Shown: positions 29,690 to 45,495 of the stretch, one piece after another
Numbering within the stretch: the stretch's first letter is position 1
Layout of the letters: every line of letters begins with the position of its first letter
Assembly (NCBI GenBank): GCA_964016885.1
Contig: OZ024740.1
Span: 198,028,001-198,092,000, forward strand
Length of the DNA: 64,000 nt
Direction: 5' to 3'
Origin: Eledone cirrhosa
Taxonomy: Eukaryota
The notes under the pieces: generated by a model
The model's input: only the letters and a program-made list of their open reading frames with translations
Database searches by the model: none
What the model was told of the DNA's origin: nothing
Made by a program: the position numbers and the translations under genes

Positions 29690-29700
<11 letters not shown>
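29226..29700 (-). mobile_element. Non-autonomous Helitron-like element
   Basis: Minus-strand 3' end: aaaaccacccgcggggtggtttt hairpin then ctgCTAG|t; other end merges with a TA tract. Confidence 0.5.
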
Positions 29701-29753
<53 letters not shown>

Positions 29754-29760
<7 letters not shown>

Positions 29761-29953
29761 CACTCATACATACACACACACACATATATACACACATATA
29801 TGTGTATATAAATACACACATACACATACATATACACATATATAGATACGCACATAAATATCAACACATCCATACATACACATACATATATACAACCACA
29901 CACACATATATACATACATACCTACATATAGAAACATAAATATATATATATAC

Positions 29954-30043
<90 letters not shown>

Positions 30044-30089
30044 CAATTAAGTTAAAACGAAACGAAATTTAATTTCGTTTCGTTATTTG

Positions 30090-30125
<36 letters not shown>

Positions 30126-30788
30126 AGCATACACATACACAAACATAGCCATACACACATACATATACATACATACATACATACATACATACATGCACAC
30201 AATCATACATATATACACACGTACATACATACACATACATAAATGCACTCCTCTACATATTCACACACGCAAATAAATATAAGAAAAAAATATATAAAAA
30301 AAATAATAAATAAATTAATAAAAATTATTATAGAGTTGACAGCGATACAAACAGCGGGTAGATGAACAGACACGCATGGTAAGTAATACACACAAATGCA
30401 CGTATACCTACGTACGAAATAGTGAATACATACACACACTCTCACACATAAATATATGTGTGAGAGTGTCTATATGTGTGAGAGTGTCTGTATGTGTGAG
30501 AGTGTGTATGTATTCACTATTTCGTACGTATGTATACGTGCATTTGTGTGTACTACTTACCACGCGTGTCTGTTCATCTAATTGCCGTTTGTATCGCTGT
30601 CAACTCTATAATATTTTTTATTTTTTTTATATATATTTTTTTCTTATATTTATTTGCGTGTGTGAATATGTAGAGGAGTGCATTTATGTATGTGTATGTA
30701 TGTACGTGTGTATATTTGTATGATTGTGTGCATGTATGTATGTATGTATATGTATGTGTGTATGGCTATGTTTGTGTATGTGTATGCT

Positions 30789-30831
<43 letters not shown>

Positions 30832-31000
30832 GTTTCTATATGTATGTATGTGTGTATAAATGTGTGTGTGGTTGTATATATGTATGTGTATGTATGGATG
30901 TGTTGATATTTATGTGCGTATGTATATATGTGTATATGTATATGTATGTGTGTATTTATATACACATATATGTGTGTATACATGTGTGTATGTATGAGTG

Positions 31001-31010
<10 letters not shown>
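29754..31010. repeat. Large imperfect palindrome centred near 30455
   Basis: Unique segment 30240-30447 is the reverse complement of about 30490-30690; flanking microsatellite mosaics also mirror. Confidence 0.9.
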
Positions 31011-31050
<40 letters not shown>

Positions 31051-31901
31051 CATGTATGCTTTTGTGTGTTTGTGTGTGTGTTTGCATGTGTGGTTTTATT
31101 TTATTTTTCCTTTTATTTTAATTTCAGTATTGAATGTATTAAAGTATTTCCACGCCTCATAGAAAAGACAATAAAGTAAGTGACAGTGAATTCATATCAA
31201 TTTGCTTTTCATAGATGATGACGGATAGCATTTTACTACACTATGATGATATGATGTAGAAGAGGAAATAAACAAACAGTACAAGAGAAGTCTTGGGAAA
31301 AAAATATTCGCAATAAATCTTAAGAGAGGCACAGACATGGTCCTGTGTTTAAGGAGTTTGCTTCAAAACCACATCATTTTGCGTCCAGTCCCACTGTGCC
31401 TCACATTGAGAAAGTGTCTCCTATTCTAGCTTCGTTGACCAGTATTCTATGCTATGATTTCTAATTCAACAGTTGTCTGAGCTTCATAAATGAAATACTA
31501 TTTCAGTATTACGGTCATAACCTAATCTATCATTAGTGTTCTCCCCCCCTCTCTCCCTCTCTCTATCTCTCGCTCTCTCTCTCTTTCTCCCCACTCTCTC
31601 TCTTGAATTTGTTTGGAAGAAATCAACTGTGTTCCGACCAGAAGAAGGATAGACTTCGAAAGATAGGCTCCCGCGATCCCACCATTAGTTCTGAGTCCAT
31701 AGATGGAGTGATGGTCATATTAATACATAGCATTACAATAATTTCCCTTCTATTCTTCACCAAAAAGACTTCATAAAACCAGAAAGTAGTTAAATGTGTT
31801 GAAAATTATGGTGCTTATTAACGAATTCTCTACTTGTTCAATTGTACAGAAGAAACAAAAAACGTACACTCATACCATATATATATATATATACACTCAT
31901 A

Positions 31902-31956
<55 letters not shown>

Positions 31957-31987
31957 CATACCATATATATATATATACACACATCCC

Positions 31988-32019
<32 letters not shown>

Positions 32020-32235
32020 CAGGATTTTACCGGTTAGGCTATTAACACTATTATTCAGCAGAGTACTCGATACTTTGGATAATAGAGTGTCGCTATATTA
32101 GAGAAATTCAGGCCCCGACGGCTGAGCTCTTGCCTTTTCGATAGCTGATTCCAGACGCTTGGAATTAGCTGTCGAAGCGGCAAGAACTCAGACGTTGGAC
32201 GACGACTGCCTCTAATATATATCATGTTAATCAAA

Positions 32236-32462
32236 TAATGGTTTCTTATATAGGCACAAGGCCTGCAATTTTTTTTGGGGGGAGGGATGGGAAAGTCGAT
32301 TGAATCGACCCCAGTGCGTGACTGGTATTTTATTTTATCGACCCCGTAAGGATGAAAGGCAAAGTTAACCTCGGCGGGATTTGAACTCAGATCATAAAGG
32401 GCCGTAACTCTTTCCTGCAAAGCAAGGCGTCCGCCCCTCTACCGATACTGCCAATCCACTGC
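32236..32462 (-). mobile_element. SINE family A
   Basis: Reverse complement of the same core. Confidence 0.85.
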
Positions 32463-32794
32463 CCTCATGGCAATCAAATAATAAACGTTGGTTGGTTTCG
32501 AATGCACAACGTAAGTGGAAGCAATTACATAATAATTTCTTGCATCCGTACATGACAACCAGACATATTAGACGAGAGTATCCAGTAGTAAAATGGTAGT
32601 TAATTTTATCGAAACCGTTAATATAAAATCCAAATTTGATCTCGGTGAATTTCAACGCAGAAATTAAAAATATCTCAAGGCTTTTTCTTCGGCGATCTAA
32701 CAATTCAGCCAACCCATCGTTCTGAAATGATCTATTTTAGAGTGAAAGTTATTTAGTTCAACACATCGATGTTGCTCACCTAGCTTTTTGATGG

Positions 32795-33395
32795 AGGTGG
32801 ATTGGCAGTATCGGTAGAGCGTCAGACACCATGCTTTGCAGCATATAGTTATGGTCCTTTGCGTTCTGAGTTCAAATCCCGCCGGGGTTAACTTTGTCTT
32901 TAATCCTTACGGGGTCGATAAAATAAAGTACCAGTAATGTACTGGGATAATTGCTGGCCTTGTGCCATAAGTAAGCAAATTATCATTACTAATAATAATA
33001 AGGGTGATGGATTGGCAGAGTCGTTAGAGAGTCGGACAACATACTATGTAGCCTAGAGTTGCGGCCCTTTACATTCTGAGTTCAAATCTCGCCGTGGTTA
33101 ACTGTTTCTTTCATCCTTACGGGGTCGCTTAAATAAAGTACTAGTAACGCACTGAGGTCAATTTAATCTCTTTCCCAAAATTGTTGGCCTTGGGCCTAAA
33201 TCAGAAGGATTGGCAGTATTGGTAGAGGGTCGGACGCCATGCTTTGCAAGCAAAGAGTTACGTCCCTTTAAGGTCTGAGTTCAAATACCACCGAGGTTAA
33301 CTTTGCCTTTCATCCTTACGGGGTCGATAAAATAAAGTACCAGTAATACACTGGGATAATTGCTGGCCTTGTGCCAAAAATTAGAAACAATTATT
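32795..33395 (+). mobile_element. SINE family A, three head-to-tail copies
   Basis: Heads at about 32797, 33005 and 33207. Confidence 0.85.
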
Positions 33396-33958
33396 ACCAA
33401 TAATAATTATAGGTTACTAATTTAGACACAAATCCATCAATATAAAGTGATAGGAAAGTCGTTTAAATATTCCTAACTACAAGAATAGTATTTTATCGAA
33501 AGCGGGAAGTGAAAACACAAATTAAAGTGTTGAAACATAGGCAAAGCATTTCGTCTGCCACGCAACCAATTCAGTCTCTCCTGCGAATCTGGAAGGGATA
33601 GAGTGGATTTCACCAACCCCTGTATTTAATTGGTGTTATGTCTCATCGACGTCGGATGATTATTGTAATTATAAGATGATTAAGATGATAGTTATGACAA
33701 TATTGATTATCATAATTATAAGATAATTAAGATGATATTTATGGGAATATTGATTAAATATTAAATATGTTGTGAAATATTATTTTATAAACAAAATGAC
33801 AGCAACAACAATAATTATTTAGAATTATGCATTGATGATAATAATTACTTGAATCGGCACAAAATTTGAAAATATAGGGAACAATATCGATCACAGTTCA
33901 ATAAATAGAAAATAGTCGGCTTTGGTGGCAATATGTTTTATTTAGATTGTACATATAT

Positions 33959-33996
<38 letters not shown>

Positions 33997-34077
33997 ACAT
34001 ATATATATATATATATATATGCAGTCGGGACTTTGAGGAAAAATAATTACATTTTTGTCTATTCTTTCCTCGCATTC

Positions 34078-34159
<82 letters not shown>

Positions 34160-34489
34160 AGAGAGAGAGATGTTTCAGGGTATATATATACACACACGCA
34201 CACACACACACACATGGTATTTATGTTTAAGACCAGAAAGGAACCACAATAGATTAAGGTGATCAATACATCAGATAACGAGTGTACTTTACTTTATTTC
34301 ATTGGGACGTGACCTTTAGAGGCTAGTTTTGTTTTCTTAGGTAAATCTATGAATTCCCCATTTAAAGACCGTCCACTACTATTGCCATGGCAATAATAAA
34401 ATCATTATCGCTACTTAGAATACTTAAACGTTCTTGTTTCAATATTTACTTGCCCCGACTCTCTGAATTGCAAAACCTCAGGTGCATGT

Positions 34490-34680
34490 TGCATCATTTT
34501 CCCAGTAGACAGGATTGTGAAAGACTATCCGAGTGGTGGAAAGCGAGGGAGATACGCTGAAAGAGCATATTCAAATCGCAGAGTTCATTCTTGTGCATGG
34601 CCAACTCCGTGCTAATCACAGCAAGTAAAGAGGTGGACCGTGACCCAGGACGCAAAAGTTTCCACGTGTATGTTTTCAAT
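34490..34680 (-). mobile_element. CRE-clade 3' end fragment
   Basis: LFQRISLA motif resembling the CRE endonuclease C-terminus. Confidence 0.55.
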
Positions 34681-36879
34681 CTACGGAAAAATCAAAGTGT
34701 AAAAAATGTAAAACAAGAAACATTCATGTGCTGAGATTAAAAGCGAATTACAATGTTTCAGAGACAGCTCACTCTTAACTATTTTGTCAAGGCAAATGTA
34801 TTGCTATTGCTGATTCTCGTTTATATATTTTTTATGGTTTATAGAAAGTGAGTAATTATTTACCGTTTAGGTGTTATTTATGTATCACCACTAATATATT
34901 CATACGGCTAGTTAATTCTACCATCTATTGTCCCTTGAGATGCTTTAGCACAGTTCCCGCTGTTGGAGTTATTTAAGTATGTCTGCGATATTATGACTGA
35001 TTAACTTTCGTTTTTCTTCCCACACGTATAAGAGTTCGTTCACTCTGTCTCGGGCACTACTATTTCTGTCACATGTCTAAAATCCATGCAATTAGGGGTT
35101 CCCGCAACAGGTAATGGGAGATACTGCCTCGCACTAATGCTGAGGGTTCACTGATACTGATCAAGGCGCTACTATACCTTCGAAAAGCTAGGAGTCCCTG
35201 CAATACATCACAGGCGCTACTATTCATCCCACTAGGTTAGGGATCCCTAAAATAGATTACGGGCTTTACCATTTCTCCCACATGAGTTTCTTCCATAAGG
35301 TAATGAATTCTTGCAATATGTCACGGGCCTTATGCTTCCTCCTCTAAACTATGTAAAAAGATGACCCAAATGTTTCTGTTAGTTTCACATATGTTACATT
35401 GTTATAAGGTGATCACTATGTCCTTGTCTTTGCATTTATAAGGACCCTAAAGAAATCATTGTCACAGAGATGATGTAGCAATACCCACTGCTGCATCATC
35501 TTTTCCACCTCACAGGGATCCTACGTCGAATGAAATATCCTCCTCCCAAGTTGGCAGAGCTTCTCCCTATTTTTCTTTTTTTCCCTTATTTTAAAATCCT
35601 TTTCCAATTTCATTTCTTTCCCGAAAAAGGACTAACGCCCGATACGTTGAAGACATTTCTTTGTCCATTTTACAAAAGCGTTAAACCACAACACTTTATA
35701 TACTTGCTCTCCGATTGGTTTTACTGTTTTTCGTTGGTGATTTTGCACTATATCATCATTATCATCATCAACATCATCGTCATCATCTTCATCATCGTCA
35801 TCGTCGCCGCCCGCGTTGTCGTCACCACCTCCACCACCACCATCATCACCACACCCTCATCAAGTAGTCCTCAGCGCTTTTCTAAACACAACTCTCACTA
35901 TTCTTACGCTTCACATGACTATACCAGCACAATCGTCCAACTTGCACGCTACGTCGAATTCCTCTTTTGTTCGGATGTTTCTCAGTTCATTTTCGCTATA
36001 TACTACTATTGTACTGAACATTTCAAAATTTATTTCACTTGTACCATTACTGCTGATTACCCTCATGCAGATGTGACACATGAAGTCTACCTTCCTTGAC
36101 AGCGTACCCGCGATCCCACTACATTGCTTGAGTTTTCATTGTTCATACTCATTACATTGTATGAACTTTCTACCAAATTCGTTTCAGCATATTGAGCACA
36201 ATTTACCTCATGGTAACGGAGTCACATTCTCTTTCCTACTTATTTAAACTATATTCTTTGCTAAGTTTACTTTGAGATACTTCGATTCCTCATTTTGTTT
36301 CTTCACTATATGAAAAGCTAGGCTGTGTTTTCATCCAACGGATAATTTCATAATTTCAACATTAATCCCTGAAGGGCTTTTTATACTTTAATTTCTTTAC
36401 CTACCATACTACTATCAACTTTGATGGTTTGTATCTAAGAGGTATCAACTTGATGTATACCCTTACTACCCCATACATTTTCATAATTCAGCAACCTCAG
36501 ATAATAGCGCTTCGCTGTATCATTCCTTTCAACGTCAGTAAGGGTAAGCGAGCCGTTACCATTCCGTACACACTTCTCAACGACTTATACTCTCTTAGAA
36601 TACCGAAACACCTGTTGCCGCTGTTCCTCATGTAGCAGAACATTAACACACCACTTCCGTTCTGCCTCCTCCTTTGCTACCTAACGTCTAGATTCTCTCC
36701 TAGTAACCAGATATTTTCCCTGCTACCCCGGCTTTCCAGACTTTCCTAGCCTATCTTTGAGATTTTATGGTCCTATCTACAACACTGTTCGCCTACCATG
36801 ACACCTTCCACCTTCTTCGTACATTTCTACAGTCATAGGCTTCTTCTGCTTGATAAATCGTTCTCAACACAAAGTTATA

Positions 36880-38700
36880 AATAATTTTTCGTTACAAAAG
36901 CATCTGCATGAATACTTTGTTACAAAAGAACTTGGAGCTGTTTAAAGAGAGATGGTTAGACCAGTACGCGACTAATCATTAGGCACTTTCAGGTTCTCGC
37001 AATTTGATGGATTTCTGTGCCAGTCTGAGATAAATTTACGGTCCCCAGTAAATTATTCATCCAATAGATATTAAAGCTGGTTCACACGTCTACACAGAGA
37101 AAAGTGGTATGATAAAATGCTGGCGAGAACATTCTAGTGTGCAATTAAACCAACACTGAAAACATTCTCACGATATTCTGGAACATTCTCAACAATTTCC
37201 AGAACATGCCATTTTGGATCTGCAGCCAAGTATGGAAGAAGAGCTGGTAACGGCCATCAACTAGATAAAATCGGAAAAACCTCAGGACGTTGACAGCATT
37301 CTAAAGGAAATATAGGAATAGGTTGGGATAGAAATGTGCCCTAGATTTGCACAATTATTCATAAAATGCAAGCAATACGGCGGTAATGTACTGCAACAGG
37401 TCGAATATCATCAGATAGGCTCTTTCTACAAAAAGAAGGGGGGCATACAAGACTGAAAATTATCGACGAACTTTCCTTCTTTCAATCGCATGGAAAATTC
37501 TTGCAAAAATGTTGTTCAGGGGCATTCATAAAATACCTGAGCGAATCCTTTTCGAATGTAGATTCAGTATATCTAGCAACAAAAATGACACCACTTTTAC
37601 CTTGAGATAGATTTTCCTTCATGTTCAGACATTCTAAAGACTTTCAACTGTATGAAGACCTGGATTATGAACGTAGCTCAAAGGGTTTGGATGCTTGGAC
37701 GATTTTATGAATTTAGGAAGTTCCATGATGGCATATCTCTTTCGGCTTCACTTGGAAGTGACAGCTCAAACACCATTCCGATTGCCAATGGAGTAACTAA
37801 AAACCGAGTTGTTACTCCAACGTTATTTGAACTATTCCTGGGTGCCATGCTTAAAGGTCCATGCAAACGAGCCAAGATATGGTGTATATATCAGCACTGG
37901 AATATTTAGTGAATTGTTAACCCTATATAGGAAGTGCCGTAATATGTGAATCCACGAGGTTCTCGTTGCTGACGCAGCTCTAATGGCTCACTCACTAAAG
38001 GATATCCATGGATTTATTCATCATTCTAAATGATCCGTGGCAGCTTTCAGCCTCAATGTAAGAAAGTCTTTTCTTGAGCCTGGTTGAACATTGAGAGCCA
38101 GTTCATAAAGCTCCAACCATCTTCATCGTGAATCAGCATCTAAATGGGATGTAGAAATGAATGTATTTGAACATTACTATTTCTGATGAAAAGAGCATGG
38201 ATGCGGAAGTAGATAACCTCATCCAGTATGTTGCAGTTGCTTTCAGAAAGCTCAATGACTGTCAGTGGATATAACGTGGTAAAAAACTGTAAACAGTAAA
38301 CGAAACATACGCAGCAGCACTGCTATCCTGTCTAAAGAATTGTTAATACATTCACACACTATCGTCGAAACATTAAACATCTTATGTGCTATCAGCTGTG
38401 CAATCTACGTTTGATAACGAATATTTCTTGGCAAAACTTCGTCTCTAACAAGAGTGTCCTTCAAAGAGTATATATGACTAGTGTCAAGCCTATTATGCTG
38501 GAATCTCTGCTTCGCTGTTGTGGTAATGGGTTTTGCATGACTGACATTAGGATCTGAAAGGCTGTGCACTATAGGTAGCAGAAATGTGGAAGCAATCAAA
38601 GAGGACGCCCAAAATTCCGTTATGAGGATGTCATCAAACATGACTTTACTGCTCCTATATGGAAGAAGAGAACGGCTGACAACGAGAAATTCGCACATCC
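36880..38700 (+). mobile_element. Old RTE-clade LINE RT relic
   Basis: Degenerate (L/F)YKKKG..D..NYR..SLLSIA.KILA, NGV....V.TPTLF.LFL.AML, and GRPK..YEDVIK near 38600. Confidence 0.75.
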
Positions 38701-39165
38701 TCATATATATATATATATAGTGACGAAACATAAGTCAATTGCAAGACCTCATACTCCTTTATTTACTGCTATATATTGAATGGCTATGATCTCATCAGGC
38801 AGTTAGTCAGTCCTTAGATATGCCAGCTCTGTGTTTATAGTGTTGATGGTATCAGAGCCTTGGGACATATATATATATATATATATATATAATAGTACAG
38901 CATATTCGAAGTTCGATCAGCAGCTAAGCCAACGAATGCCTTCAGCAGTGCAGCCATGCACTCGACAAGGAATATACCTCAGAGTAATAACATACAGTTT
39001 AAAGGGCTTTGCAAATTGAAAATAGCGACCGCTAATTTAGCCGTGTGATCTGTAGCAACGAAAGAACTGACTAGTTTGAAAAGGAAATACACACACACAC
39101 ACACATACACACACACATATATATACATATAAACATATACATACATACATACATATATGAATATG

Positions 39166-39234
<69 letters not shown>

Positions 39235-39507
39235 GGAGATGAAGGGAGAGAAAGAGATCTGTCTATATATCACTTCTCGTTAAATCAATATGCTGTAATC
39301 CTGCAGTGGTGGCTACGATACTAAAGCAAGAAACATGTATGTCGCACCCAACTAGAGAAGAAATGAAACTGCAGATATAATCGAAATTAAGTGGAATGTT
39401 ATTTGCTGCACAAAAGTACACTCACGAAATTGCAAAATTTAATTTCTAAAGATGGCGGAGGAGCAGGCAACATGGGGTTGTTGGTCCGTTTCTTGTAGCT
39501 ATTTTGA

Positions 39508-39570
<63 letters not shown>

Positions 39571-39801
39571 ATATATATAAGCTCACATGTGCCCCTTTTT
39601 CTCATTTTTATTTTCCAATCTATCTACTTGTACTCTCCTGACGAAGGACTAACGTCCATACTTTGCATTTCCTTTCTCTCTTTCATCCAAAGCGTGAACC
39701 TAATAACACTAATTTGTTTCTATATCTCTGATCTTGTCATTATATATACATATAACTATATCTCTGTGTGCGTGCGTGTAATGTGTGTGTTTGTTTGTTT
39801 G

Positions 39802-39837
<36 letters not shown>

Positions 39838-40434
39838 TATGTGTGTGTGAGCGTGTGCATTATAGATAAAGACATATATTACTGTACATACGTTTCCCTT
39901 TCTTACAAGCGTTTCATCTCGTCTCTCACGTCATACCAATTTTTTTATTATGTACCTCATTACTGTAAAGCCCACTTCTCCGTTTGCTTACTGCTTTTAG
40001 AATTCCAATTGTAAGGATAAACATACACATAGAAATATTTACTACACCATATTAACCAAATGTCATTATTTCGCCTTTAATATCTTCTTACATGTACACA
40101 TGTTGATTGATACGATGCGTTCAAACCTTTAAAATAGATTCAAGCATTAACAAGAACAACAGCAACAACAACAATAACAGCAATTACATTCGTATAATTT
40201 AAACAAATTAATAACTGTTTCAGTCATGGAATTATAATATTATTAATAATAAAAATTATTATAATTATAATTATAACTATAATTATAATAACAATTATAA
40301 TTATGATAATTATAATTATATTAATGACACGTATTTTGACGTGAAAGCTGCGATATAATGAATCTATCGACAAACATTTCACATGACAGAAGGAGCCCAT
40401 GTCTTTAGAATTTTCGTTAAATTTTTCAGCAATG

Positions 40435-40591
<157 letters not shown>

Positions 40592-40594
40592 ATA

Positions 40595-40679
<85 letters not shown>

Positions 40680-40717
40680 GTATATATATATATATATATT
40701 GTTATATTTGGGGAGGG

Positions 40718-40759
<42 letters not shown>

Positions 40760-41346
40760 ATGTGTGTAAATGTGTGTCCGAGTGTTTGTGCTTTATATAC
40801 ATGTAAATATTTATACATATAAATATATGTATTTATATATACATATATATATACTATATGTCAAGTGTTCATGTTTCCCTTTGAGTTTGATAAATTTTCT
40901 CCTTCGCTCGCAAGACAACAAAATATTACGATATGTTCCTTGGAAATTTTGATTCCGCTTTCACTCAAGGAAACATTAACATGTATGACGCAACAGTCAA
41001 TATATGCATTTTAACTAAACAGCTGCTAATCTCTCATGGCATTCTACAAGGTTCCAAGTCACCACATGTCTTTTTAACATAATGTCATTCATTTAATAAT
41101 ATTAAATGAAAGTAAAATTTAAAATATATATAAACGAGCAAAAATATTGAAATATGTTGGTAACAGAAATTGTTTTTTTTTAATGAGGACATCATTAGAG
41201 TTAGTGGTGTTAGCGAGTTCTGTCTCAATATTCTTACACAGATACACACACACGCACACAGACATAGTCACATACACGCATACATACGTACATTACATGC
41301 ATATATACATACATACACACATATACACACACCTACCCACACGCAC

Positions 41347-41447
<101 letters not shown>

Positions 41448-41523
41448 GTATATATATATATATATTCATATATATAGATATTATGTATATACCTACATAT
41501 ATACATATATACATTATGTATAT

Positions 41524-41605
<82 letters not shown>

Positions 41606-42114
41606 TATATATATATATATTTATATATACATATATGTATACATACATACACACACACATATATGCGTGTATATGTATACATATATATGTATAGATATAT
41701 ATGTGTATGTATGTGTGTGTCTCTGTATGTATGTATACATACATATATGCATGTATTTGTTCCTTTTAATGTCTTTGTTTCCATTGTCTTTTGGGAAAAT
41801 GGTATCAGGTGTCTCTCAATATTTATTCAACACTTATGGGAACCTCCGAAATCAAATATAGAAATATGATAATAATTATTCCTTCAATGATGTTCTTATA
41901 GTTTCCAAATCCATTAATGGTCCATGGATTTTCTGGTCATGAAATTTTCTTTTCATAATTATCTTCATTGTCTTTGAATCCTTGTTTCTTGTTAGTTTTG
42001 TCATCAGTACTAGCTATATTTCTACTCCTTATTAGTTACCATTATGACCATTATCATTATTGTAAGTATTACCGTTATTTTCTCATTTTCTAATTTCTAT
42101 TAATATTTCTATTA

Positions 42115-42187
<73 letters not shown>

Positions 42188-42199
42188 ATATACCACAGG

Positions 42200-42360
42200 G
42201 CGGGGGATTGGCAGTATCGGTAGAGGGTCGGACGCCATGCTTTGACGTATGGAGTTACGGCCCTTGCCATTCTGAGTTCAAACCCCGCCGAGATTAACTT
42301 TCATGCTTCATGGTCGATAAAATAAAGTACCAGTAATGCCAAAAGTAGAAACAATTATTA
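42200..42360 (+). mobile_element. SINE family A inside a (TTA)n tract
   Basis: Same head and core with internal deletions. Confidence 0.8.
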
Positions 42361-42384
42361 TTATTATAATTATTATTATTATAA

Positions 42385-42439
<55 letters not shown>

Positions 42440-42797
42440 GTAGTAGTAGTAGTAGTAGTAGTATTAATATTTGTAGCAGTTGTAGTATTGTGTTTTAGTA
42501 AGCCATAATTATTAACATATGACACATTTTAGTTTTCTTTCTTTCTTTCATTCGTACATACAAATTATGTTTTCTTTCGTGTGTGTAGGGGACATCCAAT
42601 TTTTCGCTTTTGCATTCAAGTTTAATCATCGTCTTCCTCAATGTGGACCCTTTTATGTTCTCACTCAATTTCCCTTTCTCTCGCTATTTCGGCATTTAAA
42701 GGAATGCAGTTTATTTGAATGTAATAGTCTTTTCATTTCACTGTTATATTTCTAAGCTTTTTTTAAAAATGAGCTTATAGTTATATTATTATTATTA

Positions 42798-42874
<77 letters not shown>

Positions 42875-42967
42875 ATCACCCTCATCATCATTGCTATTTT
42901 TTCTTTTTTTTATTGTGGCATGGATAATTTATTTTTTAGTTTTAAATATTCTCTTCTATGAGTCCAC

Positions 42968-43209
42968 TCATCTTGATCGCTGAAAGCATGGTTCTGTTAA
43001 GATTCTACGAAATGCTTTCCTGAATTCCGGATTAAATATAGTATAAATAACTGGATTAAGAAAGCTGTTGATGTAGCCAAGCCAAGTGAAAAATCCAAAT
43101 AAGATGGGGTCCAGTGTACAAGCTGCAACATGTTCCAGGTCGTTTCTTAGACATATAGCATTAATGATGTTAATTGTGAAGAATGGCCACCAGCAAAACA
43201 GGAACACAC
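42968..43209 (-). CDS. D2-like dopamine receptor, last coding exon (TM6, TM7, helix 8, stop)
   Basis: G|GT VFLFCWWPFFTINIINAIC...WLGYINSFLNPVIYTIFNPEFRKAFRRILTEPCFQRSR*. Acceptor ttccatttcttcttgccaag ends at 43210; phase 1 matches the donor at 52683 (intron 43210-52683, 9474 bp). Confidence 0.92.
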
Positions 43210-43555
43210 CTTGGCAAGAAGAAATGGAAAGTGCCATTAATAACAATAATAAACTTGATATTTTATCAAATAATTGTTAGAATGGATATTTACAACAGCA
43301 TCGTATTTAAAACATTCAAACATTAATTCGATGAACATTGAATACTCATGGATAAAATATAAAAAATAAGAAGGAAAAAAAAAGAGGCAGATTATTATTA
43401 AATTTGTTTCTTTCAAAGATATCAAAGAGAAAACAGAAGCAATAGGCGTAATCATAGCTGTATAATTAAGGAATTCGATCTATAAACTCTGGTTTCAAAT
43501 GTCTTCTACTAGAGCCACATGTCTGTAGCCACATGTCTATAGCCACATGATTGTA

Positions 43556-43661
<106 letters not shown>

Positions 43662-43734
43662 GTGTATATATATATATATATATATACTACAATCTTGTGT
43701 AGTTACCCAACTTTCACTCATAAACCATTAGTCG

Positions 43735-43844
<110 letters not shown>

Positions 43845-43881
43845 TTCACAAGAATCAAAGCTATGTTCAAAGCATTTATTC

Positions 43882-43926
43882 ACTTACAATTGTTTCATCC
43901 AAACCTAGGCTTGGAGTCTTCGGAGC
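43882..43926 (-). ncRNA. Hammerhead-like motif with CCGAAGA core
   Basis: gct ccgaaga c tccaagcc(ta)ggtttgga t gaaa caattg ta agt. Confidence 0.65.
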
Positions 43927-44059
43927 ATTTTTCAATGTTTGTACACATAATTGACCTCCTTTCCAACGCAAGAGACATACAGATACATATATATATATTG
44001 ATGTTCAGTGGAATGATATTGGAAAAGAAGGTAAATTATATGTACAAACATTGAAAGAT

Positions 44060-44104
44060 GCTCCGAAGACTCCAACCCTAGGTTTGAATGAAACAATTGT
44101 AAGT
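44060..44104 (+). ncRNA. Hammerhead-like motif with CCGAAGA core (right arm)
   Basis: gct ccgaaga ctccaaccctaggtttgaat gaaa caattg ta agt. Confidence 0.6.
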
Positions 44105-44637
44105 GAATAAAGGCTTTGAACATAGGTTTGATTCTTGTGAATTCTATATAACTGCTCTGTAGAACAACTGATGTTATTACATTGAGCTATTTATCTTACT
44201 GGTAATAAGGTAGTAATAAATTACTGACCTTCACTGTTTAGGGTTTAAAATATACATAACTATAAACAGTTTTAGTATATACATAACCATAAATAGTATC
44301 CTTAATATTATATATATATATATAGCAGCCTGCTAATATACAAATGAGACCGATCAGTCACTGTATTTTCCAGAAAATATCTCATATATTTTCACTAGCT
44401 CTGACAGTTGGCAGTTAAATAGTACACAATACTGATGAAGGGTAATAACCCAGAAATATTAGTGTTTGCCGTTCTCTTTATATGCCAACACAAGAGCAAG
44501 AATGACGGGGTCGTTCAACTCACATGCTCAAGAGGCTGTTTGCATGATTGCAAACGAATTGAATATCATTATTTATATTCGAAAAACTCAGAATTATATT
44601 TCTTGTATTCAGCCATGTAGAGCAATAAAAGTATATA

Positions 44638-44675
<38 letters not shown>

Positions 44676-44704
44676 CTTATATATATATATATATATATAT
44701 ATAA

Positions 44705-44851
<147 letters not shown>

Positions 44852-44853
44852 AA

Positions 44854-44916
<63 letters not shown>

Positions 44917-44924
44917 TTTGAGCG

Positions 44925-45495
44925 GTTTAGCTTGCTTCGTTTTCTTGCCTTAGCTTCATGACCGCCATTTTCAGTTTGTTTGGTCTCTATAACCTATGTT
45001 TATTGCTCTGGTCTTCTTTTAGTCCATTGAGCGCTTGCCGCATAGCTCTAAAACTGCGTTTCGTTTTGCTTTTGACCACTGTCGCAATTCGATCTCGCTG
45101 TAATCACTCCAACAATACAACTGCTAGGAACCCGCTCGCTGGCTGAGAACAAAATACCTGTTGACGAAGTAGCAGGCTTGTTCGAACATTATACCAAAAG
45201 CTTAATATGGAAGCAGGCAGTATAATTGATTTAGGTGTCGCAGAAACCTTTCACTGGATTATACCATCAATTCCAGGGATCCAGGTAAATTCTTTCGTTT
45301 GACCTGTTTAGCTTGCTTCGTTTTTTTGGGTTAGGTGGCTGATAGCTTCATGACCGCCTTTTCCAGTTTGTTTGGTCTCTATAATCTAGGTTTATTGCTC
45401 TGGTCTTCTTTTAGTCCATTGAGCGCTTGCCGCATATCTCGAAAATTGCTTTTCGTTTTGTTTTTGACCACTGTCGAAATTCGATCTTGCTGAAA
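44925..45495. repeat. Direct repeat of about 180 bp, period about 380 bp
   Basis: gtttagcttgcttcgtttt...ttcgatct.gctg at about 44926-45100 and 45306-45492. Confidence 0.85.

Noticed and set aside
35530-36099. 189-aa hydrophobic ORF
   Set aside because: Built from (CAT/CAC)n repeats and repeat remnants; no recognisable domain.
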